Source of the DNA: Trichoplax adhaerens
Taxonomy: Eukaryota > Animalia > Placozoa
DNA length: 64,000 nucleotides
Direction of reading: 5' to 3'
Assembly (NCBI RefSeq): GCF_000150275.1
Contig: NW_002060948.1
Span: 5,892,411 to 5,956,410, forward strand
Made by a program: the position numbers and the translations under genes. Below, piece by piece: positions 45,701 to 59,379 of the stretch (the stretch's first letter is position 1; each line of letters begins with the position of its first letter). Below the pieces are notes generated by a model. That model saw only the letters and a program-made list of their open reading frames with translations, was not told the origin of the DNA and did not search any database.

Positions 45701-46369
45701 AATTTCTTGATAAGCGATTGCTGTGATCTTTATATAAAATCTGGATTTTTGGGATTCGGATTCCGGAACCGGTCGGATTTATGTCCGATATAATTTTTCT
45801 GTATTAATTTATCTATTATAATTTTTCTGTATTATTTATCTATTTTAATTTTTCTGTTTTAATTTTTGGATTTTAGTTTATGAAAAATATCGTAAGAGTT
45901 GATTTTTGAAATTTGAACTTTTTGTTATGAATTTGAAACTTTGCAATTTTATGACGTGACATGAAAGTCACGTCAGGAAAGTTTAGTTAGGAAAGTAGAA
46001 AATAAGATGGAAATTGGCAGAGGTGGTGTTGATTGTTAAGTAGTTAGACTGTTATTTTTATGACTAAATCTTGATGTTTAAAGGTAAATTTTTAGACTTT
46101 TATAGTGTATTAATGATAGAAATTATGTTAGAAGTGAAGTTTGATATATTTTCATTGTTAACTTTTTGGTTTTATAGTGTTTTTTAAGGGAATCATAGGG
46201 TAAATTGTGTCTGAACTTTGAATGATTTTTGTTTTCTTAAATGGTGCAAAGTAGTTTTCTAAAATGGATCTTAAGAGCTATTGGTTATCAGTGTTTAGTT
46301 TTCAATACCTCTGACGGCTCTGCGAAGCCTATAAATGATAGTGAAATTAGAAAATTTAAGGGGAGAGTA

Positions 46370-46695
46370 GAAGATTCTTTTGAAGAACTTGTTGAATTTA
46401 AAAGGCCTTCGGGGTCGAATTGTCGTAAGTTAAAACGTTCTTCTTTTTGAAAGGTTGTTTGGTTGTTGAGTTTTTAAGCCTGTCACTTATTTTATTAATA
46501 CTTAAAGTTAAGTATTTGTAAGGTTGTTCGGTTTATTCTTCTCTCTATTTTTTTGTAATAAATTGTTGATCGATTATTTCCCCAAATTTTATTTGGTGTC
46601 AAAGTTTCGTTAAGTCGACCGGAGTGCAACGAAAGTAGAATCAAAGTTTATTAAAGTTTTGTAGATTGATCTCTACATTTTTCATTTCATTACAT
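46370..46695 (-). repeat. ~325-bp dispersed repeat, copy 1 (inverted relative to 52206-52540)
   Basis: Reverse complement matches 52206-52540 with few differences, e.g. TTAAGTCGACCGGAGTGCAACGAAAGTAGAATCAAAG and AAAAGGCCTTCGGGGTCGAATTGTCG. Confidence 0.92.
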
Positions 46696-47825
46696 ACCTA
46701 CATGAAGTATGTGTAGCAGTGATAGAGTAGCTGATCCGGTATAATAGTATGAATGTTATAATGACTACTATAAGGTAAAACCTGTCTAAAAATGTGTACC
46801 GATTGCCACAGCTTAATTTAGAGTACTATGAAGTACTATTAAATAGTGATATTGAAGATATGGTACCGTCATCGATCTGCAAAGTACTATATATGAAAGT
46901 TAGTGTAGTTTGGTAGTCCAGTTAGGCAGTTTGTATAGAAGTCTGGAGGTGGACTAAAGAAAGGAAGGCATTTCAGCGTATTTTATATAATTTTTATAGT
47001 CTTTTCTGCTTTGTTGATGATAGACGGATTAAGACAGTAGTAACTGTTCCCCATGTATAATTTATCTTTATAGCCTATTACTTAATTATAATGTTATAAT
47101 TTTCTCGCGGTATTTTTATAAATTTGAAGAATTTATTAAGATTAACATAAAGATTGATGTTTTCGTAGCAAAAAACCTAAAATGGTTAAAGGTAGTTCTA
47201 TTGCAGTAGTGTCTCAGAATTGCTTCTCGTGGTTACTGTACTGTACTCTATTAACCAAGTTCTATCTCTAAATCATATCTAAATTCGATCAGATCTATAT
47301 GTTATTTAGGGATGAATATTTTATCTTAACCTCGCTTCAAGACGGGTTTTAGGATCAAAGATGCTTTTCAGCTTTCGGTAGAATTATTTTCCATTTGAAA
47401 TGCTATTATTATGTTTTGACGTCATTTTATTGTAGATAATGATAGACAAGAGCTGCATATATTGCTACTGAAACACTGAGTAGTTTTTAATAAAAGGAAT
47501 CAAAGAAATTATAAAATGACAGTTCCTATATGGGCTAGTTAGGTTATAACAATTACAAGGAACAATATTAGAAAAATTAAGTAATCAGTTTACTCATAAT
47601 TATTCGCCACCAAACTTCCGGGTATGTCGTCATACTCTATTATAATCGTTCTAACTTTCTACAGAGCAGTCGAGTTAGACATCGATGCTGATATTCTAGT
47701 CTATGGTCTTTTGTTAATATTTGAACGATTAGCTATTTTGATAATGAGACGAAAACAGCATATTTTTACGCCTGTTTATCTGTAACATTTTTAAAGGAAA
47801 TATTAAAATATAATAAGCAACATCA

Positions 47826-50800
47826 ATGCATTGCTTATTGATTTACTTCATTTTGGTAAGTCGATTAAGATACATTTTTAACAAAATTTGAGAAATTATA
47901 GCTACAATTCTTATTGTATTTAAGAGACCAATTAATAGCAGTAACTTCTATTACTACAATTGTAATTCTGATGCTTATTTAATATATTTTTATACCTGTC
48001 TGATAGTTGCAACTTTGACCCGTATCCTAATGTACGGGACTAAATACTGTAATAAAAATTTTATATAAAAGCTTATCGACATTATTGTACAATAATATGT
48101 TTGATTAAAGCTTATTCTATTGATATTGATTCACGATACATCATAAATTTAATAATTATTAACAGCATAAAATACTAGTCAAAATTTTATATTACCTTCA
48201 TTGCCTGTAATATACTACTAAATGTAAAATGATTCAGCATAGAAAATAAAACGGCAGGATATAAAAATGTTAAAATGAAATGCAGTAAGAATGTAGAGCA
48301 AGCTTTTAAGTAATGTGTAATATTCATAGCATTAAATAGAGTGCCTTATCACTACGCATCAGTGAATTCATAATAGCGAAAAATTTAAAAATTATGTTAC
48401 CAAATTCCACACGGTAATAATTATGAGAGGAGACGAAGTATACCTAAAATCTTTACCAGAGTATTTCAATTATAATTGTATTATGTATAGTGTAATTGTC
48501 GAAACGCCTAAAAAATAACTTAATAGATAGTAGACAACCATTAAATAAAAGAATAAAATTGATACTGTACGAGTGAGATTCTAGATTGCCTGGAATCTTG
48601 AGATTGTGCTAAGCACACATCCGTGCTAAATGGTTACAGTAAATATTGTAGTGTTTGTTAAAAATGTCTTATGAAGGTGATTGGCAGCAGAGATTAAGCA
48701 AGTAATTTGATATTAGATAAATGAGGAATTATAGATCAAATATACTTAAATCGTAAAGCACGTTAGCAGATTTCTTCTCCTAGAGGTAGAGTTGTTCTTG
48801 GATGAAGAAGTAGTTTATGTAAAAAGATGAACTTTATAAATTATCTAATCTTGATCATTTCTGATTTTGAGACAATTTACAGGAACTACTTAATCAAAAT
48901 TTTACCCCAGTGTACAATTTTGATTGAGTAGTCCCAATAATTTATCGCATGGCACATTTTTGTCGGACTAATTTTCCTATAAGTCTAATACCTAACAAAA
49001 CTTATCGTGAAATAAATTTCGAAACAACCCAGAAACATAAAAACAGAAATTTAGAGTTATTGAATTAAAGCAATAGTCTATAAATGTAATAACTTAGTAG
49101 AATTATAAAATTTATTGTTAGCCTCAATGAAATTCTACTCTTCTCTAGATTGCCATATTTCAATCAACGATATTGGTCGTTGGCACATCAGGTAAATTAG
49201 TGTATTAATTTTTTACATTGCATCCTAATCCTTATGGTTCAGCAGTAATTTCTTTGCTCATTTAAGAGTAAGAATATTATCTTCATTCCCGTACTAATTT
49301 AGATACAAACCTTGTATCAGTAGTTTTAATGACCAGCTCCGTCTGCCTTGGTACTTTTCATCTGACCAGTATAAGCGATCTAGAGATTAGAACTATTTAA
49401 TACAAGACTTTTTATCACAGTTTTTGAAATTATACAATCCTATAGACTGTATAAATATAGTAGTAGGCATGCTTTATAATATTAGCTTACGTATAACAAG
49501 AAAAATTAGCGATATGCCCATCTTCAAGATCTGTACAGAAAGGACTTTTGATAAGATCCATATGTTTATGTATCAGCGTACAGTATCCCTGAGATAAATT
49601 ACAATTTATCTCTCAATAGATTAATACGTAATATATAGATTTTATTAAACTAACTACTATTATTACCTGACTAGATGATTATTGTGCATTACGCCCGTGT
49701 CAAAATAATGGTACCTGTACGTTAATTAATGGAAGAGTGCATTGCAGTTGCCGATCGAGCTATTATGGAACTCGTTGCCGAGACTGTTAGTACATTATTG
49801 CGTTATACCGTAAATAATATTACAATAGCGTGATTAGCTGCATTTTCCTCTAGAATTTTCGCTAAAATAAATTGGCAGATTAGGAACGGTTAAACTTTCT
49901 TGCTTATTTAAGCTCATTCAAGAATTCTAAAATATTTACTGTATCATTGACGTTCTATTACTTATAATTTCTCTTACCCTTAATCTAGATACGGCGAATC
50001 CAGGTAAGATTATATTTTTAAAGCTTAATTTCTAATACTTTAGAGGACTGCTATTGCCATTCACGTTTAGTAATGATTAATTTTGAAATTACCTTATTTT
50101 TCCGATCGAATTCCAGTATTTTGATATAGCTGTATTTTGGTGATTATCTGCAATTGAATATACTTTACGGCTATTTTTGAAAGATTCTTATCTAGCCAAA
50201 TCATATTTAAATGATTTCAACTGAACTCATCTATATGAGTATTGCGATATAGTTTAGCTAAATTAAATGCGATCTTTACTTATAACTAAATAATTTTCAA
50301 AAGGCTGCATTTTACGATTAACAGAACAGCTATGAATTTTAAAGATTACGATTTATGAGATTATCAAAATTCGATAAAGTATATGATTCAGTTTAGATCT
50401 AGTCATTCTATTCATTTAACTTTATCAAAGGAATCAGTATGTATGCTATGTTATTTGTATGCTGCATATATATGTATCTACTACATAATTATTTAAATTA
50501 CTAAAAATAACTTGGAAGTAATTAAATTTCATTTTATGTGAACGGAAACAGCAAAAGAAGGCCAGCTTCACTTAGCAAGTAGCACTACCGGTCGTAAGGA
50601 ACGACTAGAGATTTATCACAACAATAATTGGGGTTCAATTTGTAATTCCGGTTTCAGCATTTTGAATGCAGAAGTAGCTTGTAAACAACTAGGATATTCG
50701 ACAGTAAAGCATTATGGCGGCATAAAACATGATGAAATCGGATATATTTGGCTTAGCAACGTTAATTGCAAGGGCTACGAATCTTCTCTCTCAGATTGTG

Positions 50801-51734
50801 CTCATTTAGGATGGGGTGTTCATTTCGACTGCTTCGATGTTACACTAACATGTTACAATGGTATGTAAATTTCATTTTCTCATACATTGTTAGCTCCTGT
50901 ACAATAAAGAGTGCCAGTATATAATTAACCTAATATTAAGAAAGACTTAGCTTATATATAAAATGCTTGTTGTTTGATCATCATATTTTCGGGATATACT
51001 CGCAATATATTCATAATTTGCAGTATTTTTCCTCATCAAAATGATAGCATACGAAATGAATGACTTTAAAATATTTTTCACAGATACATTAATGCTGGCT
51101 ATATAGAATTTAAGTCTGAATAGTTGATTCTCTCAGTCTTTCCTTTAAATCGATTGTACAACTCTACTCCTCTAGAACTTGTAGTAAATCTTCTTGATTT
51201 TAAAATAAGAGTGTATGAAGAATTTACCGAATATCTCATTTTACCTACTGTTAGTGATAGTAAAATATTATCCACTACTAGTAATGGCTATTAATTTTCT
51301 TCATAAACTCTACCCACGTTTTACTTTATTATCAGGTTTACAATTGAATTTAATCTAATTTGGTATTATGTTGCACTGACATTATTTTAATAGAAACTGA
51401 ACTTGAAAGCGCTATACAAATCCGTCTTGAAAACACACATGGGTTAAATTCAACAGGACTAGTCCAAATTCTGTACAATGGAAAGTGGGGCTCGGTATGC
51501 AGCCAGAATTTTGATTACACTGATGCAAGTGTTATCTGCCGACATCTTGGATTTTCGAAACCTATCGCATATGGTCCAGGATATGGAAAAGGGAATGGAA
51601 CCATCTGGCTTAACAATATCAGATGCAATGGTTATGAATCATCAATAACAGCATGTAATCACGATGACTGGGGAGTTCACGATTGCAAGCATGACGAAGA
51701 TATCGGAATAACGTGTTTTGACAGTAAGTCATAA
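47826..51734 (+). CDS. Secreted EGF + 2x SRCR (scavenger receptor cysteine-rich) protein, probably 3'-truncated
   Basis: Signal peptide split over 47826-47855 and 49149-49191 (MHCLLIYFILIAIFQSTILVVGTS); EGF exon 49675-49785; 15-nt micro-exon 49989-50003; SRCR exons 50552-50860 and 51394-51723 (WGSxC, VxCxxLG, IWLxNxxCxGYESS, WGVH). The donor at 51724 has no evident partner exon; read-through stop at 51734. Confidence 0.85.
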
Positions 51735-52205
51735 AAAACGTTATATTTTTTTCTTCAATCCCAAGTTTGTCATTATTTGTTTATATTTGGTAGTATAGTT
51801 ATATTATATCAATTTACTTTAGACATTTTGAGTATTTGTGATGTTTAATGGCACCATTGTGATTTAATATCAACTTGACTTCTTATATTTTTATTAATGA
51901 AAGTGGATAGAAGGTTCTAAACTCAATTCGTATTAATATGTGAACATAGTCATATTATGAACATTTATTATAAGACGAATAGGTTTAGTATCCTGTAATA
52001 AAACCTGTTCTACTGACTGTAATTAAAATGTAGTTGAAACAAGTAATTTTAAGAATAGCAGATTTTATTACTGGTTCTCTATCGATTGAGATACTACGTA
52101 CAAAATAGTACAACAAGCTCTGACAGACAAAGAAACTTCCTACAACAGCAGATCTTAGAAAAGAATGACTAAGAGCAACAATGACAGAAAAGCGTAGCTA
52201 CTTAA

Positions 52206-52540
52206 ATGTAATGAAATGAAATGTGTAGAGATCAAGCTACGAAACTTTAACAAACTTTGATTCTACTTTCGTTGCACTCCGGTCGACTTAACGCTAATAC
52301 TTTGACACCAAATAAAATTTGGGGAAATAACCGAACAACAATTTATTTCAAAACAAAAATGGAGAGAAGTATAAACCGAACAACCTTACAAATACTTAAC
52401 TTTAAGTATTAATAAAATAAATGACAGACTTAAAAACTGTCAACGACCAAATAACCTTTCAAAAAGAAGAACGTTTTAACTTACGACAATTCGACCCCGA
52501 AGGCCTTTTAAATTCAACAAGTTCTTCAAATAAAATCTTC
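52206..52540 (+). repeat. ~325-bp dispersed repeat, copy 2
   Basis: Inverted copy of 46370-46695; sits between the SRCR gene and the mitofusin-like gene. Confidence 0.92.
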
Positions 52541-55500
52541 TTCTACAAGTAGCGATCAAGACGATGAAAATATAATGGACGAGGGTTACTTTCAAGCCAA
52601 TAACAACGTGAAAAGAATACCACTAAAGGTACGTATTTGACAGTTAAGGAAGGTTTCGATTTTAGACCAAATTAAAGACATTAAAGAATGAATGAATTTT
52701 AAAAAAGTTAGTTATTTTAGAGGCTTTTTAATATTATGCATACAGGAATTATCCAAGAAAATGAAAGCTTTACGCCAATCAGGCAACGAAGAAGTGAAAG
52801 TTATAAACGTTTTCTTGCCCAAGAACAAGTTTGTGTCATTTTCATCTATTGCCAATCCGTTGTGAAATTTCTAATATTTGATTCTAATGGATAGAAATGA
52901 AATAAAAATTTATTTAAGCACATTAAACTAACGCTACTATTCATACTTGTGTTCTTGAAACTCGTTCTTGTCATATCCGAATCCATCAGAGTGTAATACT
53001 TACTCAAGGAATCATAGCTTACAGTAACTGCAGCTTCAAGAAATTTAGTTAAATTGATTAAAGCGTAGACCATTTCTTGCGTTACTTTATTGGAATTTTT
53101 ATTCATCGCCAAAAAATTATCTCTAAGCCGGTGGTATTTCCCTCTCTTAGGCATGAAATACTAAAAGAGGAAATCGAAATTATGGATACGTAAGTTATGA
53201 ACAGTTTAGTAGTAGCTAGCGATTCGTCATAGTAGTAGTGCAGAGATTGATTTAACCGAAAGGATTATCCTATTCACTTTTAGTCCTGGTGGTAGCACTG
53301 ACGATAATATCGACAGCAGTATTAAAGATCTTTATGCAGACACAGATGTCTGTGTCTATCTCCTTAATGTCAACGATACGATTGAAAAAGATGATCAGGA
53401 ATTTATTAAGAAGATGCTTATGCAACATCATCAAGCCGAAATGTTTATTTTAGTCAATTACTGTGATGAGTTAGATGATTGCTCTGAAGACGAAGCCAAC
53501 GAGGTAATCAATTTAATAATAAACTATCGTAACTATCGATAGACAAGATATGAACGTCTTGATTTTAATATGAGCTACAGAGATCTGCAATTACTAAAAA
53601 CAATAGCAGTACTGAACCTTAAATTAAGCAGACCTAATGATAATGTGATTGACTAAGTTTGCACTAACAACGAAGACTGTAAAGTAGAGGTATAGAAATA
53701 TTAACTAAGAATACCTTGAAATGCTAATTTTGTGCATGAAATGTTTAATAGGTTAAAAACCAAAATTTAATCAACTCGCAAATTGCCCTCAACGGATTAA
53801 ACGATAGAGTCTTCTTTGTATCTTCCAAGGAGGTAAGCAGCTTCAAAATAAATCGATGTCGTTATGGAATGGAACAAATTATAGAATTTTGGATTCCTTC
53901 CTAATAATTATTCCAATGCCTGAGTAATTGAGCAAAATCGAACCACGGTTCATAAATTGTGTCTATTTTAGGCTTTGGCCGCTAAAGTCAATGGACTAAC
54001 ATCTGAAGGTAAATAACATGGTTTCAACTTTTCTCTCAGAGTTTAAAATATGTAGTCTTGCTTCAAAATATTCAGCTATATATAACTATTAAAGCAGCGC
54101 TTTTGCAAGGACTACGGTACTTTGAGTTAAAAGATAGAGCTATTAATTACAAACATTAATTATTCAATCGATTTTTTCTTCTAGAATTAAGAGATGAAAA
54201 TGAAAAGGAACGATTAAGAGCATTCGAAACTTTTGAAAGAGAAATTCGAGTAAGATATTTCAGAATGAAGAAGTTTGCTATTTTTTACTATATGGCTTAT
54301 GCTGTGAGTGGTAACCTTTCCTTCTCTCATATAAATAGGAACGTGTCTGTATATCAACAAGAAAAGCCAAATTAGCCCAAAGTATGGATAAAGTTATAGA
54401 AGTCAACGGAGATATTCGTGAAATGATTCTACAAAATTTGTAAGTGAAAGCAAATTTTGGCCTATTCTCTCTTTCGTTATGATATGGTAATGATATTGGT
54501 GCTTGTTACAGAGAATCAGTTGAATGGCTGCTTACTAACTTTATACTCTTCGAACTATTTTTATTTCATATGATTGCAGAATTTACGATTTTAATCTAAT
54601 TTTTTCAACCTTAAATTAAGGGTACACTGTAATCGAACTTACTCATGCCACTAATATTATACTATAAAGAATGATAGTAATAGTTTACGCAGCTAGTCCT
54701 CGTATAAGCTTTTAAAAGTTATCCCGGATAATATCATTACTGCGGTATTAATTCGAGATATTTTAGTGTACTAAATCTATTCCTAATCTATTAGATTGCG
54801 ATGGTCAAATGATTTGGGTACAAATTCGAAAATTAATTTGCAAGATGGCAATAATTTTTATCTTCAAATCTCTCAACAACGGTAAGAAATTGTCCTATCA
54901 TTAATGTGACAATTTTCATGTTTAGCATATATCTTATAGACTCACCCAATTACTGTCTCATGTATTTTCTAATTTTCTAGAGAAAAATACTATGAGAAAT
55001 TAAGTTCTGTATCGCAGTGCTTAAATTCTAGCACACATAGATGGATGGAAAGCCAGCTAAAATCTCTTGAAGCTAAAATCTATAAAGATGTAAATATTAA
55101 TTATTAATTGATTAAGTCCAGCAGTTTGGATTGTATTTAGTCTGCATAAAATAACGTTTGCAGGTGTATTATTGATAAGTGAAATCCTGTTAGAACACTA
55201 CTTTTTTGATCTAATTTCTCTTCAATTAACCCCTCATTAAAAGTTATTAATTGTGTGTTATAATGAGTATCTCAGCAAATAGGAAATTGTGTACGATCGT
55301 TAGTCTTGTTAGTACAAATACTATCCTACATTGATTAGGATTAATTTTACGACATAAAAGTGCAGTAGAGTATTATAATAGATCTCTTTAACGTCTAAAA
55401 CTAAAAGAAAAAATTCTTTTAGTGTAGTTATTTCTAGGCCTTGCAATATTCATGATTTTATTTTATTGTAGAATATGTCATAAGGTCAATAAAATTTGAT

Positions 55501-58393
55501 TTAATCTTTATGCGCTAGACAATCCTACGACTGTTAGTGTCTCTGACATTAAAGTAAATTGTAAATATTCCGAGAGCATTATACAGTCATAGTCATTGTG
55601 ATACTAATTTCCTTCGATTTGTACTTATAGTATACATACAATTAAAAATTTATTTATAATTAATAAAATCTCTAATATTGTTACATTTTATAATATTCAT
55701 ACTATCACGATTTTTCTCGGACTTACAGCATAATATTCTCTGCTAATATTTTATGCATTTTTAATTAGGTGAATACAGCTATTCAGTCTCTCTGTTACGA
55801 AGTTGAAGGCATGATTCAAACATTTTTGCAATCACATCCATTAGATTTTGCGCAAGAAATGACGCAATATAAAAGGGTTAGAAATTATCTTAGCTATAAT
55901 CGTATGTTATTACATTATCTAATCTTAACTGTCGACATATATGATGTGGTAGTTATTAAATATTGTAACTTACCTGTCTAAGGTGATTTTGGAAATGTTA
56001 GCCATTTATTAAACCACAAATTATCATTATAAAACGTTCCACTGCTATGATGCCGAAACTATTAAAGTTAATCAGAGTTAACAGTAGAGTAAAATAGTGA
56101 CTTTTAGAAAACTACTACCGTAATTAATCTACTATTACACTAATATTTAACATTATGTAAATTCAGCGAATGAAGCTGTAAATCGATTTATTCTTGAACT
56201 TTTAGAGACTAGGTGAATATCTTAACATAAAATTTCGTGTTGAAATGGAAGAATTATATCAGAATAACTTTGATGAAATCCGCTATCAATTAATATCAAA
56301 TTTATACGGTATTATATTGTAGTGTAGTATTTTGAAATCCTTTATTGAAATAAATAGCCTTACATATTTTCGCGTACTGAAATTAACAAATACTTTCATA
56401 TTTTTAGCAAGATTAACAGAACAACTAAAGCAGAATGATGATATCTTGCAAGTGATACAGGCATTGTAAGATCTCAATACCTAGACTATAAACGAAAAAT
56501 TATGTAGTACCACTAGTAATATTTTATTAGGTCTCGCGACAACCCCCATTAAAATAACCTTATCAATATTTATGCATTATCCCTTGTAAATTAGAATAAT
56601 TTTCTGCAGTTGTAAAGTTGGCATGACTTGATAAGCGTAGTAAAATTAAAGTGAAAATTTTTAAGCATTTACTGTAGCAAACAAACCATTTAATTTTAGT
56701 TTTAACTTGGTCTTAAAGAAGCTTTATCGATTCTTTATAGCTATTTTCCATTTTCTAGTATTCCGATTATTAAATAAATATATATACATATGTAGACATT
56801 GCTTCGCCTACTCTATTCTATTTCTAATTAATAATGTCATAATGTTAATAATATCTATCACTCTACCTGTTTGGATAATATTTTTCTCCTTTTGGCTAAA
56901 TCAAATTCTACTCTAAAAACTTACAGAGACTTCCGAGAAGGTCTGGATTATGGTATTATAAACTGCCATGATTATCTAGCTCGTTTTGAGGAGGACTTGA
57001 GCTTGTATTCCACAATAAAGAAAAATTTATTACCAGCTGAAATTTCAGGCCTGGTTAGGATTTAATTGTACCTCAATTTTATTCGTAATGTTGCACTAAA
57101 AATTTAATAACTGCAAGAATATTCGAGCGTAGTTACTAGTTAACAAATTACTGTTGACACCACAGAAAATAAATAACACACCGCGAGCATATCGTAATTC
57201 TAAAGTTAACGACTTTCTTAGCCAACTACGATATAATTAATAGCTACCGGTAAACCTTAAGGTTGGTTAATCAAGCACTAGTTCTTGCTGTGCTTATAAT
57301 TACTTATGAAGATATCTGTTGTTTCTCAAGATAATTTATCAAAGGTGTATTAAAGTTAAATAGATAATTATTACACTAATCAAGGAAATTCTCTCGAATT
57401 GACAATTAAAGTTAATTTTGACAAAATAATTGGTGTTAGGTTAGAACTCAGATTTCGATTAGATAATAATTTAGAGGTTAAGGATGGGCTATGTGCACTA
57501 TGAGTTTATTATCAACTAAAATTGACATTTGTTCCTCTTACATACTAGAAAGTACTCTAATTGTAATCAATTTTTTAGGCGGCATCTGCAGCTGGATTTA
57601 TGGCAAAAAGAATAGCCACTGGTTTGATTTCAGCGGTAAGCATATTAGTTCCTATTTACTGACATTACTATTGCAGCCAAACATAAATTATCAATTAATT
57701 TAATTTAAATCTATATCAATTAGAGTTTATCCACTATCGGAGCTGTTGGTACTGGTGTCTATCTTGGTGCCAAACATATTGATCCCAAAGAACGAGGAAA
57801 AAATTTTAAGCAACAAGTATTATTCATTCCATACAATATACGTTGTACACATTTCTACTAAACTCATGCTGAGTGCCTAACTACATCCTGTTTATTTATT
57901 AGCTGGATAAATTTATCTCCAATCACCTAAAGGACAATATTACACGCTATGTGGCAGCAATATTCAATCAAATAAGGATGTATGAATATTGTGATAAAGA
58001 AATGTGTCAAGTAAAAATCTTGCACCAATAATGATGATAAATCTTGCTGTGATTACTTTATACTACTAGATTATATTTTTCTTTCAATGGCACGGTGGAA
58101 TCGAAGCTAATCCATTTTAGAGATCAATTTGAAAGGAGATGGTCTTTTCTTAACGTGGTAGAAAATAAAATTTTACCTTTTAATGCTGAAATTGATGAAC
58201 TCAGGTACCAGATACTATCGTAACTTTTAAATAAACATCGCAATCTATGTTTCATAATACTAATTGCTATTATTTAAATTTTGTGAAATCATTACAATTA
58301 GGAAGAAATTTTAGAACTAGAGATACGAACTCTCATTCAGCAGTCTATACATTGTATCAAAAATATCTGGATTCTGAAATAAGTACCTGCTGA
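52521..58393 (+). pseudogene. Divergent mitofusin/Fzo-like dynamin-family GTPase, 5'-truncated
   Basis: About 17 exons encode INVFLPKNK, EIMDTPG (G3), DTDVCVYLLN, MFILVNYCD (G4), DRVFFVSSKEAL, FETFEREIRE, INCHDYLARFEEDL, a small-residue hydrophobic segment, ERGKNFKQQ and an HR2-like tail to TGA 58391-58393. G1/G2 exons are absent, and the acceptor before 56896 reads GG instead of AG. Confidence 0.7.
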
Positions 58394-58975
58394 AAACTGA
58401 AATTTTTATATTATTTACCATTCTGTTCTTACACTTATCACATAAAAGCTGGCTGGGATAACTTGGTGTAGATTATATGTGATTCAGCTTTTAGTATTTA
58501 AAGTAGCCTTTCTTAGTAGAGTATGGTATTTAAGGTACATGCAATAATCATCTTTTTTCATTATGGAATATTATCTCAAAGCACTTTATCTAGATGTCTA
58601 TAAAATTACTTTGGAGACATATTTATATTTTAGTCAGGGCTTAAGTTAGCATATACCTAAACGTACAACGTATTTGGCAGTTGTAATTGCTAAAATTGAT
58701 ATTTGAATGGTAATGGTGTAGACTACTATATTACTGATCAAGATAGGACCTATGATTACTGCATATACTAAAATTTTCTTGTTAATTGGATATTTGTAGA
58801 CTGTTTTATCTAAATTGACATGTATGTAAGTGTTTACGGAGCCATGCTCCGAAATATTAATTGCTATGTTAATTACAATATCTCATTTAAATTGTTGTTT
58901 GCTCCAGTAGCTTATTAGATATTAATGTTTATTAATAAGTACTTGTAATTGCCAAGGTATCAGAAAGTTCAATTC

Positions 58976-59379
58976 TGTTGACGTGTCGGAGCTAACACGC
59001 TTAGTCAGTAAACATTAATTAATAACACCTTAAGTGTAAGGTGCAATTACTTTGCAGAGCCTTTGGGGCTCTAGTTGGCGCATTAATTCATTTAATGTTA
59101 ATTAGCCTTGACTTATACTGATCTATGTTAACTTCTTCTAAGTGAACTCCTATACTAGGATACACCTTCGGCGTAGGCCGAGACTATAAAAAGCCGAGCA
59201 CTAGCTCAGCTGCTCAGTTCTATTTAGTCACTTGCAGGATCACTTGACTATTATTGCTAAGAAGATTCTTACGTTTTTCTTTAGTATATTTTACGACTAA
59301 GATTAACGTAAATAAAGTGAAGTATTTAAACCTATTACTCATTAGTAGCTTATTTGTGTAGCTGAGAGTTAGTTCAACT
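58976..59379 (+). mobile_element. Possible solo LTR
   Basis: TGTTGA...TCAACT near-inverted ends, TATAAAAA 59185-59192 and AATAAA 59311-59316; no clean target-site duplication. Confidence 0.3.
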
